This document shows, one piece after another, positions 35,849 through 44,377 of a stretch of 64,000 nucleotides of DNA. The notes below the pieces were generated by a model, which saw only the letters and a list, made by a program, of their open reading frames with translations, ran no database searches and was not told where the DNA came from. The position numbers and the translations under genes were made by a program. How positions within the stretch are numbered: position 1 is the first letter of the stretch; each line of letters begins with the position of its first letter. The stretch covers positions 800,001 to 864,000 of the forward strand of contig JBGANV010000001.1 of NCBI GenBank assembly GCA_044222185.1, given 5' to 3'. This stretch comes from Planctomycetota bacterium. GTDB taxonomy: Bacteria; Planctomycetota; GCA-002687715; CAIWVZ01.

Positions 35849-37567
35849 TCAGTTCCCGAACCAGATGTAGCCGTTGCCGCTCGGGAAGAACTGGAGGTTC
35901 GTCATGCCAGGCGTCAGGGTCCCGCGTTGGCCGAACGCGTAGATCATGTCGGTGACGTATTGAACCGTGAACGGCCCGCCCACGGCGAACGTCTGCGATC
36001 CCGGATCGGTCGATCCGAGGTTGCCCGGGCTCACGCCGATCATCTGGTTGCCCGCGTTCGCCGCGATGCCGCCCAGGCCGTCGATCGTCACCTGGCCCGT
36101 CGTCGTGTCGAACTGGATGCCGAACGTGTTCGGAATCGCCGTCGCGAAGTAGGGGACTGCCGCCCAATCGACGCGGACGATGCCCGCCGCCGGGCTCGTG
36201 ACGTTGATCGATCCACCGGCGCCCTGATTGAGATCGCACCACACACCGACCCACGGGAAGTCCGTCATGCCTGCGGCGGCGGACGGGGTGAAGCTCGTGC
36301 TCGGCGTCGCCGTCCCGAACATGACGCGACCGTTCGTGATCACGCCGAGGCTCGAGTAGTTGATTCCGTAGAACGGGATCGAGGACGCGCAGAGCGAACC
36401 CGGCAGATTGATGACGACCGCCGTGTCGTCACCCGTCGGTCCTGCGGCAGAGGCCACGCCGTTGACGACGTGGATCTCGTTCAGCTGGCTCAGCGTGAAC
36501 CCGTCCGGGCTCAGCGCATCGAGGATGATCATCTGCGCCGAGACGTCGAACGGGGCTGAGAGCTGCAGCGGCAGCGTGAAGTTTGCGAATGGGACCGCGA
36601 ACGTGAGCCCGTTGAGGAAGCTCAGGGTCGGGTCGAACACGTTGATGTTCACGATCTGCCCGCCGCCCGTGTAGAACCCACCGGCCGTCACTGGGACGCC
36701 GGGCCCGACCGTGATCGCCAGATCCCAGGCGTTGCCCGGGTTGCTGCTGGAGAGCGCCACGTTGGCCGAGCCGAGGCTGCAATTCGTCGCCACGAGGTTT
36801 GCCACGGCCTTGTTGTAGGGCGTTCCGTTGATCCCGTTCACCGTGAAGGTCGCCGGTGCCGAGTTGACCTGGTAGTTGGCCGGCGGATTCTGGACGGAGA
36901 TGTCGTCGTAGAAGATCGTTCCGCCGGTGTAGAGGTCGATGTTCGCGATCGCGAGCGCGCCGCCGAGGATGTTCCAGACGCCGGTCGACACGGTCGCTCC
37001 GTTGTAGGTCGCGATCATCGTGTTGTTGGTCAGGTCGGCGAGGACGCGGATCTGCACCCACTGGTCGAAGACGACCGGCACGCTGCCGCCGCGGTTGACA
37101 TCCGTCACGATGCCGCCCGTCGTGAATTGGAGCTGCAGGGTCCAGCTGTACGGGCCGAGGTGGTTGTACTGGTTGTTCACGATGAACCACGTGGTTCCCG
37201 TTAGCCCACCGGTCGGGACGTACGACCAGGCCGAGATCTCGTAGAGGCCCGACTGCGGATAGGTCGTCGGGTAGTTCAGCGAGAACGGCTGGATGCAGTC
37301 GGTGGCGACGCCGATCTGCACGCAGTGGTTGCCCGTGTGCGGGACGACGGCCGGAACTGCCGTGAACGGATCGACGACGGTGCCGGCGGCGCCTGCCACG
37401 TTGTCCCACCCGGTCCATCCACCGGAGCCAGCGGCATTACCGCAGCCGGGGAGCGGGCAGAGCGTGCCTGGCACGTAGGCCTCGAAACCGTCGGACCACG
37501 TGAATTGGGCTGACGCCGTGACGGCGCTCAGCGCGAGAACCAATAACGTCGTTTGGAGCTTCACCAT
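35849..37567 (-). CDS. Exported protein: lectin/LamG-like N-terminal domain + the same two C-terminal modules as the GEVED pair
   Basis: Signal MVKLQTT...ASA/Q; DGFEAY..GWTGW, DQWVQIRV..DL, IDLY; then YQVNS, QIVNI, LSQ, GPTGDD, NGRVMFG, YIW. Confidence 0.85.
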   Translation of the reverse strand: MVKLQTTLLVLALSAVTASAQFTWSDGFEAYVPGTLCPLPGCGNAAGSGGWTGWDNVAGAAGTVVDPFTAVPAVVPHTGNHCVQIGVATDCIQPFSLNYPTTYPQSGLYEISAWSYVPTGGLTGTTWFIVNNQYNHLGPYSWTLQLQFTTGGIVTDVNRGGSVPVVFDQWVQIRVLADLTNNTMIATYNGATVSTGVWNILGGALAIANIDLYTGGTIFYDDISVQNPPANYQVNSAPATFTVNGINGTPYNKAVANLVATNCSLGSANVALSSSNPGNAWDLAITVGPGVPVTAGGFYTGGGQIVNINVFDPTLSFLNGLTFAVPFANFTLPLQLSAPFDVSAQMIILDALSPDGFTLSQLNEIHVVNGVASAAGPTGDDTAVVINLPGSLCASSIPFYGINYSSLGVITNGRVMFGTATPSTSFTPSAAAGMTDFPWVGVWCDLNQGAGGSINVTSPAAGIVRVDWAAVPYFATAIPNTFGIQFDTTTGQVTIDGLGGIAANAGNQMIGVSPGNLGSTDPGSQTFAVGGPFTVQYVTDMIYAFGQRGTLTPGMTNLQFFPSGNGYIWFGN

Positions 37568-37714
37568 TTCAATACCCTTCAACATCGTGTTGGACGTCAA
37601 ACGACCCGGCGTGTCTGCACACGTCGAGACTGCGCCGAGATCGCAATGCACACCGGCGCACATGCGTGGGATGCCCGGGGGGCGGGGTCCCGGAAAGAAC
37701 GCTTCACCGCGGGG

Positions 37715-37744
37715 AGTATCAGGCTTCGTGGGCCGGTTCGTCAA
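37715..37744 (-). promoter_or_regulatory. Sigma70-like promoter TTGACG-N18-GATACT
   Basis: Minus-strand hexamers about 150 nt upstream of ATG 37567. Confidence 0.5.
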
Positions 37745-37858
37745 GGAAAACGTCGGCCGCGCGTCGTCCCGCCCATCTGCTGGCCGCGGTCGCTTTCGCT
37801 CACCGCGCGTGTGAGCGGGGGCGGCGCCGTGCTCGGCCGTGCCGCGGTTGAAGAAGGA

Positions 37859-38407
37859 TCATCGACCCGCGCGCTGGGCTTTGCGTACGACTTCCAGAAT
37901 GGCGACGAGCCTTGCGCGGAGCCGGTCCCGTTCCTCGACGATCTCCACCATGCGAGCGAGCAGGTCCTGCGGCGTGGCATTCGCAGGCAGGGTCGTGCGC
38001 ACTTGCGCGCGTCGACGTGGCACTCGCGGGTGGGTCTCAGGTTCGGCGCGGATCTCCGCAGGCGCGGACGGACGCGGCATGGGAGGAGGCGCCGCGACGG
38101 GCGGGAGCGATGGCCGCAGATCCGCCGGGGGTTCCGCCGTCGCACGGCTCAGGGCGATGGGGGGCGGCGACGGGAGCCTGGGAGCCTCCGGCACCGGGAT
38201 CGGGGGCGCCGATTGAAGCGTCGCGCGGATCTCCTCGAACTCGCGACGGCGGAGCGAGAAGCCGAGCGACGCCGCGCGCGCTCGGGCTTCGAGCAGTGTG
38301 AGCCCCGGCGAGGCTCGCAGCCACCGTGTCACCAAGACGATCGTGTCAGCCGGTACAGGATCGGATTGTTCTTCGGAGTCCCACACGCGACGAGTGTAAC
38401 CGGCCAA
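37859..38407 (-). CDS. Hypothetical protein with Pro-rich linker and C-terminal coiled coil
   Basis: AAAAGG lies on the opposite strand, so no clear RBS; TTG start, helical N-terminus, LLARMVEIVEERDRLRARL coiled coil. Confidence 0.55.
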   Translation of the reverse strand: MAGYTRRVWDSEEQSDPVPADTIVLVTRWLRASPGLTLLEARARAASLGFSLRRREFEEIRATLQSAPPIPVPEAPRLPSPPPIALSRATAEPPADLRPSLPPVAAPPPMPRPSAPAEIRAEPETHPRVPRRRAQVRTTLPANATPQDLLARMVEIVEERDRLRARLVAILEVVRKAQRAGR

Positions 38408-38482
38408 TGGCCGGGAAAAGGTGGGCAGGCGCCGTAGCGGCGCTCCGGATCCTGCACCGCGAAGATGCCCTCGCGTGCCGAA

Positions 38483-38760
38483 TCAGTCGCGCGTCGGTGC
38501 GAGCGCTTGGCGGAAATCGACATCGTCCACGACGGGAACCACGCGCACGTCGAGGGTGTCGTTCCATTGCAGGCGGAATCGCGTGAGCGCGCGCGTCGGC
38601 GGTCTCCAGCAGGTCCAAGCCCGAGCTGAGGTCAGATGCGGTTCATCGGCCGGAGAGTTTGATCCCGGCGGGGATCCCATTTCCGATTTCTCGGAAGCGG
38701 GCGAGGGTCCTCGCGGACGGTGCGATCGGGCTTCAAGGCAAACGTCGAGATGAAAAGCCT
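38483..38760 (-). pseudogene. Disrupted DUF3303-like gene
   Basis: Three minus frames join into LFISTFALKPDRTVRED/LARFREIGNGIPAGIKLSGR*TASDLSSGLDLLETADARA/LTRFRLQWNDTLDVRVVPVVDD; two frameshifts, TGA at 38643-38645 and no start codon. Confidence 0.7.
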
Positions 38761-38857
38761 GTGTGCTTCCGGATCCGCCGGGAACCGTGGACGTGCGGGT
38801 CGAAGTCGACTACGCGCGCGCCAGGACCGGATCCCTCGGGCGCTGCGCTCACTCGGC

Positions 38858-38908
38858 AGAAAAGAATGAGCCCTGCGCGCCGCGGGCAAGGCGGGGCGCG
38901 CAGGGCTC
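38858..38908 (-). terminator. Intrinsic terminator
   Basis: 14-bp stem GAGCCCTGCGCGCC/GGCGCGCAGGGCTC followed on the minus strand by ATTCTTTTCT. Confidence 0.8.
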
Positions 38909-39102
38909 CTGGCCGGTCACGGGGCATGACCGGGGTCGTCGCCCGGCGATCGCGGACGACGGCCTCTCACGGCGTGAAAGTCCTACGGCAACTGTGTGCT
39001 CAGGGGGTTCAACACCCCGGATCCGGGGAAGTTGCAGGCTCGTCTTGCTGATGGAGCGGATTCGTTGGTGCGACCGCTTCGCACGCGAGAGGTCGGGTGG
39101 AC

Positions 39103-40131
39103 TCAGTTCGCCTTCAACGGCGCTGCGGACGGCGCGTACGACTGCCACCGGAACGCGTCCGGCGAGGGCGCCGTCGCCAGTCGGCGCAGGTTGATCGTCA
39201 CGCCGCGCAGCTTGATCTGCCGGATTGACCCCTGCCGGTCGACCGAGACCTCGGTGCGCATGTGGGGACGGCCGTCGCTGGTCTCCGCCCCGAGTTCATA
39301 GACCGTGACGTCGGCGCGATCGATCTGCTCCTCGCGAACGACGCGTGGCTGGCTCCGACCGGCACGCATGGCTTCGAGGAGGTCGTGGAAATTCGTCCAC
39401 CACCCGAAGGGGCTCTGGTCCTGCAGGTCCGACGGCCGACCTCCGCGCGGCATGGCCGCCCGGAACGCCTGTTCGAGCGTCTGACCATTCAGATCGATCC
39501 ATTGCACGTTCGAGAGTCCCTCGATCCAGCGCCATGCGATGGTCCCGTCCGAGCCGAGCCATCCCGACTTGCCGGGCGGAACGAACGGCACGCTCATTCG
39601 CGACGCCCCGGGAAGTGGCGGCAGGAACCCAGCCGTTCGAAGCAGAACCTGTCCGTTGGGGCCGAGCGTGAGCTTGGCCTCGAAGCGCAGGATCGACGGG
39701 AGGCTTTCCGCCCGTGGCTGACGGATGTCGATCTCGAGCCACGCGGATTGGTCGAGCGCACGCGCGGCGGCCTCAGACAAGGAGGACGCGATCACCTCCG
39801 AGGGTCCGAGCGGCCGGAAGTGGACGAGAACCATGGCGACGAGGAGCACGGCTGCCGCCGCGACGACCATTCGTCGCGCGCCGTGCCAGCGGGCGGCCCG
39901 GCGTACCGAGTCGAGCGTCGGGCCCGAAGCGACGGACCCCACGGCTGACGCGGCGGAGTGCGTTCGACTGAAATGGGCGCGCGTGGCGTCGCCGAGCTTG
40001 CGAAGCAGCGTGTGCTCGACCGCGCAAACACTGCATGCCGCGAGGTGCGCGGCGACATCACCGCGGGCCTGCGGGGCGAGCTCGTCATCGACGAATTCGG
40101 AGAGGAGGCCCTGAACCGTCTCGCAGTTCAC
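39103..40131 (-). CDS. ZAS (zf-HC2) anti-sigma factor with TM and LolA-like periplasmic domain
   Basis: GTG start overlapping the sigma stop; NCETVQGLLSEFVDDEL..HLAACSVC; TM helix; beta-rich C-terminus. Confidence 0.88.
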   Translation of the reverse strand: MNCETVQGLLSEFVDDELAPQARGDVAAHLAACSVCAVEHTLLRKLGDATRAHFSRTHSAASAVGSVASGPTLDSVRRAARWHGARRMVVAAAAVLLVAMVLVHFRPLGPSEVIASSLSEAAARALDQSAWLEIDIRQPRAESLPSILRFEAKLTLGPNGQVLLRTAGFLPPLPGASRMSVPFVPPGKSGWLGSDGTIAWRWIEGLSNVQWIDLNGQTLEQAFRAAMPRGGRPSDLQDQSPFGWWTNFHDLLEAMRAGRSQPRVVREEQIDRADVTVYELGAETSDGRPHMRTEVSVDRQGSIRQIKLRGVTINLRRLATAPSPDAFRWQSYAPSAAPLKAN

Positions 40132-40745
40132 GATGCGCTCCCTCCTCGTTCGAGATACGGACGAAGGGAGTCCATGAGGCGGCGACGGGCCCGGTGGATC
40201 CAGATCTTCACCTCGGCGAGGGACGCTCCGAGGGCCACGGCGATGTCGGCATACGCCATCTCCTCGTGCTCGCGCAGGAAGAGGGCTGCGCGGTGTTTGG
40301 GCGGAAGCAGTTCCACGGCCGCGGCGATCTGTTCGCTCAGCTCTTTCTGCTCGACGATGCGAGATGGATCGGCGAACGACTGGCGGGCTGCCGCGGTGTT
40401 CGTCGAGTCCAGATCCGGGTCCGCGGAATCGGCGGTGGTGACGCCAGGGTTGCGCCGGCGGCGTTCGGTCAAACAGAGGTTCGTCAGGATCTTGAAGAAG
40501 AAGGTTCGAAAGCGGGCTCGCTCCTCGGCGCGCTCGCGGGCTCGGTAGACCTTCAGGAACCCGAGTTGGACCACGTCCTCCGCCTTTTGATGGTCGCCGA
40601 GCATCTGCCGGCAGAAGGTGACGGCCGAGTCGCGATACCGTGCGACCAGCTCGGAGAACGCGGAACCCTCGCCGCGCATGCTCGCCCGGAGCAGCTCCCA
40701 GTCGTCGACCTCTGTCAAAAGTGCGATCTCGTTGAGGAGTACCAC
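40128..40745 (-). CDS. ECF RNA polymerase sigma factor
   Basis: AFSELVARY, AEDVVQLGFLK, FRTFFFKILTNLC, LPPKHR..LFLRE..EMAYADIA..VK..IHRAR. Confidence 0.93.
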   Translation of the reverse strand: MVLLNEIALLTEVDDWELLRASMRGEGSAFSELVARYRDSAVTFCRQMLGDHQKAEDVVQLGFLKVYRARERAEERARFRTFFFKILTNLCLTERRRRNPGVTTADSADPDLDSTNTAAARQSFADPSRIVEQKELSEQIAAAVELLPPKHRAALFLREHEEMAYADIAVALGASLAEVKIWIHRARRRLMDSLRPYLERGGSAS

Positions 40746-40775
40746 CCGCAGGCTCCCGCGTCGTCTTCGGACTTG

Positions 40776-40801
40776 AACGTCGGGTACCCCGGCAGGTTAC
40801 A
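40776..40801 (-). promoter_or_regulatory. ECF-type promoter TGTAAC-N16-CGTT (likely autoregulatory)
   Basis: AAC/CGT ECF signature about 30 nt upstream of the sigma start codon. Confidence 0.6.
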
Positions 40802-40920
40802 CGGGCCACGTCGGGTTCGGGGCCGCGGTCACTGCGGCGACACCTTACCGGGCGTGGCTCGCGCAAAAAGATCCCGGATCGGGCGGCGAGGAGAGGGACG
40901 GGGTCTCGTCGGGTTCGCCG

Positions 40921-41589
40921 TCAGGCAGCTGGATGGGCTTCGAAGAGCTGTTCGAGGTCTTCGATCCGGCCCGGCGTGGGCGTCATGTGAGGCGGGAAGC
41001 GGAGCCGTCGTGCGATACGGTCGGGAACGACGGCGAGCGGTTCGAGCGGAGCGCCGGTCGACTCGACGGACGTGTGGACGAGCTCCCCGGCGGGGCTTCG
41101 AATCTCCGAGATGGCGAATTGCGTCGATGGAAACGGGTCGCCGCTCACGACTGCTGTCGCATCGATGAAAAGCACGTTCGGGCCCGCGACCTGAAACAGG
41201 AATCCGCGGGCGTCACCGGACGGGGATTCGATGACGACCACCGCATCGGCACCAACGTGAGTGACGTGAGCGGAGTCCCGCGCGATCGTCTCCGTGAGCC
41301 GCCGTGACATGTGCGCGAACTCGCGGCGTGCGCGCCGGGCACCCCACAGCGCGATGGCCGCCGCGATGACGCTCCATGCGCCGACGACGAGCCCGCGCGG
41401 CGCGTTGGACGACGCGAGCGTGATTCCCGACATGGCGACCCCGATGGCGATTGCGACGACGACGACGTCGCGGTTGGAGCGCCGGCTGCGGGCCTCGATC
41501 GATTCGCGCCGCGCAACGAGTTCTCGGGCCTCGGAGTCCGTCAGCGGGCGCGTGACGGTGGCGAAGGTTTCCGTTGGGGGAACGGCCAT
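40921..41589 (-). CDS. Hypothetical protein with two TM helices
   Basis: Two hydrophobic segments followed by a soluble domain; coding-like codon usage. Confidence 0.7.
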   Translation of the reverse strand: MAVPPTETFATVTRPLTDSEARELVARRESIEARSRRSNRDVVVVAIAIGVAMSGITLASSNAPRGLVVGAWSVIAAAIALWGARRARREFAHMSRRLTETIARDSAHVTHVGADAVVVIESPSGDARGFLFQVAGPNVLFIDATAVVSGDPFPSTQFAISEIRSPAGELVHTSVESTGAPLEPLAVVPDRIARRLRFPPHMTPTPGRIEDLEQLFEAHPAA

Positions 41590-41900
41590 GGCTCGGCGGG
41601 GATCCTATCTGGAGGCGCGACGCGGCACCCGGGCGTGGCCGCATTGTCATGGTGACGCTCGCCCACAGCTGCGCGGCCTTCGGCTACGCGCACGAACTCA
41701 GGCGCGGCTTGGGAACGCCGCGCGCAGAGCGACGCGACGCCGCGGCTGCAAAGGGAGGGTCGCACGAGGCGGTCCGTATGCGCACTCGGTTTTGTCGGCT
41801 GATGTGGGCCGCTACAATCCGCGGCTTTTCCGGCTCCGCCTGCGAGTCTCCGTTGGTTCGCAATGCCGGGGTGATGACCAACACAACTGTGAGATTCTCG

Positions 41901-43964
41901 ATGGTGTTGTCCGCGCCCGTTCGTTCGCTCCTCGTCCTTCTGTTCCTCCTCGCCGGTGTGGCGGCGCCCCTCCGCGGGCCGAAGCCGGACGAGGGCATGT
42001 GGACCTTCGACAATCTCCCGATGAAGCAGCTGAAGGAGAAGTACGGGTTCGAGCCGTCGACGGAGTGGATCGACCACGTGCGTCAAGGCTCGGTTCGCTT
42101 CGACACTGGTGGCTCCGGCTCGTTCGTGTCGCCGCGCGGCCTGGTGATGACGAACCACCACGTCGCTCTCACGACGGTTCAGAAGCTGTCGAACAAGGAG
42201 CACGACTACGTCCGGGACGGTTTCTCGTCCGCGACGTTCGGCTCCGAGGTGAAGTGCGACGGCCTGACGCTCCGCCAGCTCGTCGAGATCCGCGACCTCA
42301 CGGCGAAGATCGAGGAGGCGACCAAGGACGAAGAAGGCAAGCCGGCGCGCACCCAGGAAGAGAAGGAGACGATCCGAGCGACGATCGCGGCGAAGGCGTC
42401 GAAGGAAGCCGGCGACCCATCCAAGCACATCCTCGGCGAACTCGTCAGCCTGTACAACGGCGCCGTCACGCAGGTGTACGTCTACAAGATCTTCGATGAC
42501 GTCCGGCTCGTTTTCGCGCCCGAACAGCAGATCGCGTTCTTCGGTGGCGACCCGGACAACTTCACCTACCCGCGCTACGACCTCGACTGCGCGTTCTTCC
42601 GCGTGTACGAGGACGGCAAGCCGATCGACAGCAGCAAGTGGTACTTCCAGTGGAATGCCAAGGGCGCAGCCGAGGACGAGCTGATCTTCGTTCCAGGCAA
42701 CCCGGGGAGCACGGAGCGGCTGAACACCTACGCTCAGCTCGAGTACGGCCGGGACTTCGAAGTGCCGACCATCGTCAAGCTTCTCTCGGCTCGCCGCGAC
42801 GCACTCGCCAAGTTCATGGCGAAGGGCGAGGACGAGGCGCGCGAGGTGCGTGACGAGTTCTTCGGCATCGAGAACTCGCTGAAGGCCTATCGCGGTCACC
42901 TCGCGGGACTGCGGGACGCCGAGATGATGGCGCAGATGAAGGCCCTGGAGGAAGACTTCCGCAAGAAGGCCAACGATCCCAAGCTGAACGCCGCACTCGA
43001 CGCGATCGCCGAGGCTCAGAAGACGAAGGCGAAGCTGTTCCCGCGCCTGGTCGCAACGCAGATCCCTGGGATCACCGGCGGTCGCCGCGGTGGTGGCGGG
43101 ACGAGCCCGGTTGCGCGGTTCGTTGCAGCGGTTGCCGCAAAGCGTCCGGACCCGTTCGCCGACAAGGAGCTGCCGAAGCCGAACGAACTCCAACGCGCCC
43201 AGATCCTCGCCGGTCTGCAGGTCGCGAAGGCGGTCCTGGCAGCCGATGATCCGTTCATGACCTCGGTGATGAAGGACCGGACGCCGGAGGAAGTCGCCGA
43301 GATCCTGGCGAATACGTCGAAGGTCTATGACCCTGCGTATCGCAAGGAACTGGCGGCCGGCGGAAGCGAGGCGCTCGCGAAGGCGGATGACCCCCTGATC
43401 CTCGCGATCACGTCGTCCCAGCGCATCATGGGCGAGCTGCGTCAGCAGCTCGAAGAGCGCGTGAACCGAGTGGAATCCGAGTCGCACGACGCGATCAGCG
43501 CCGCGCGCTTCGCCGTGTACGGCAAGTCCATCTACCCGGATGCGACGTTCACGTTGCGCCTGACGTTCGGAAAGGTCCAGGGTTACGTCGCCGGCACGAC
43601 GAACGTGCCGTACAAGACGACGTTCACCGGCCTCTACGAGCGCAGCACCTGCTTCGACAACAAGCCCCCGTACAACCTGCCGGAGCGATGGGCGAAGGCC
43701 CGTGAGAAGCTCGACCTTGCGACGCCGCTCAACTTCGTCTGCACGGCCGACATCATCGGCGGCAACAGCGGGAGCCCCATCCTGAACAAGAAGGCCGAGG
43801 TCGTCGGGCTGATCTTCGACGGCAACATCGAGAGCCTTCCGGGCAACTACTGGTACGACGAGCGGATCAACCGGGCGGTCGGCGTGCACTCGGCCGGCAT
43901 GCTCGAGGCTCTGAAAAAGGTCTACGCCGAGGACGGCCTCGTGAAGGAACTCTCCGGGTCGTGA
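41901..43964 (+). CDS. S46 family dipeptidyl peptidase (DPP7-type S1 Gly)
   Basis: DEGMW, SFVS..GLVMTNHH, FFGGDPDNF.YPR, YPDATFTLR, DIIGGNSGSP, FDGN. Confidence 0.95.
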   Translation: MVLSAPVRSLLVLLFLLAGVAAPLRGPKPDEGMWTFDNLPMKQLKEKYGFEPSTEWIDHVRQGSVRFDTGGSGSFVSPRGLVMTNHHVALTTVQKLSNKEHDYVRDGFSSATFGSEVKCDGLTLRQLVEIRDLTAKIEEATKDEEGKPARTQEEKETIRATIAAKASKEAGDPSKHILGELVSLYNGAVTQVYVYKIFDDVRLVFAPEQQIAFFGGDPDNFTYPRYDLDCAFFRVYEDGKPIDSSKWYFQWNAKGAAEDELIFVPGNPGSTERLNTYAQLEYGRDFEVPTIVKLLSARRDALAKFMAKGEDEAREVRDEFFGIENSLKAYRGHLAGLRDAEMMAQMKALEEDFRKKANDPKLNAALDAIAEAQKTKAKLFPRLVATQIPGITGGRRGGGGTSPVARFVAAVAAKRPDPFADKELPKPNELQRAQILAGLQVAKAVLAADDPFMTSVMKDRTPEEVAEILANTSKVYDPAYRKELAAGGSEALAKADDPLILAITSSQRIMGELRQQLEERVNRVESESHDAISAARFAVYGKSIYPDATFTLRLTFGKVQGYVAGTTNVPYKTTFTGLYERSTCFDNKPPYNLPERWAKAREKLDLATPLNFVCTADIIGGNSGSPILNKKAEVVGLIFDGNIESLPGNYWYDERINRAVGVHSAGMLEALKKVYAEDGLVKELSGS

Positions 43965-44033
43965 ACGCCGCTTCCGCCCTCAGGCCCGGGACTTGCGGGC
44001 CTGCGGGCCGACCGGGACCTCGGGCCGCTGACG

Positions 44034-44062
44034 AAACCCGCCCAGCCGCAGCGGCGGGTTTT
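44034..44062 (+). terminator. Probable intrinsic terminator after the S46 gene
   Basis: AAACCCGCC...GGCGGGTTTT. Confidence 0.6.
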
Positions 44063-44104
44063 GCCTGGATTCCTCGGGAGAATTGCGCTCCATCTCCTTT
44101 CCTC

Positions 44105-44134
44105 TTGCCGAAGAAGACCTTGAGGTCATAGGCT
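44105..44134 (+). promoter_or_regulatory. Sigma70-like promoter TTGCCG-N18-TAGGCT
   Basis: Hexamer pair right after the terminator, about 240 nt upstream of the RRM gene. Confidence 0.5.
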
Positions 44135-44377
44135 ATCCGCCGATCGCGCCCGGCGCCGGGCGCAATAGACCACCCACGGCGCGACGCCCGTTCGAACGGG
44201 AGTCGCGATCGGGTGCGGAGTGGTTCCGCTTCCGGACCGATGGGTTCCATTCACGAGTCAGCATGCGGATCGAGACGATCGCGGGCGCCGAACGTCGTCA
44301 TCGAAGATCAGGAGCGGGTGCTTTTGAGAGCGCCCTGCGGCTCGGGCCAGCAAAGGCCCTGGGCGGCATTTTTCAAC

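Noticed and set aside
38643-38645. Recoded TGA (selenocysteine or Trp readthrough)
   Set aside because: Lies in a gene that also has two frameshifts; TGA is a normal stop throughout the window.
38970-39085. Cobalamin riboswitch, 6S RNA or hammerhead ribozyme
   Set aside because: Only fragments match (GTGAAAGTCC, GCAACTGT, TTGAACC, CTGATGG); required spacing and core elements such as GGGAA and CUGAUGA..GAAA are missing. Kept as an unclassified structured RNA.
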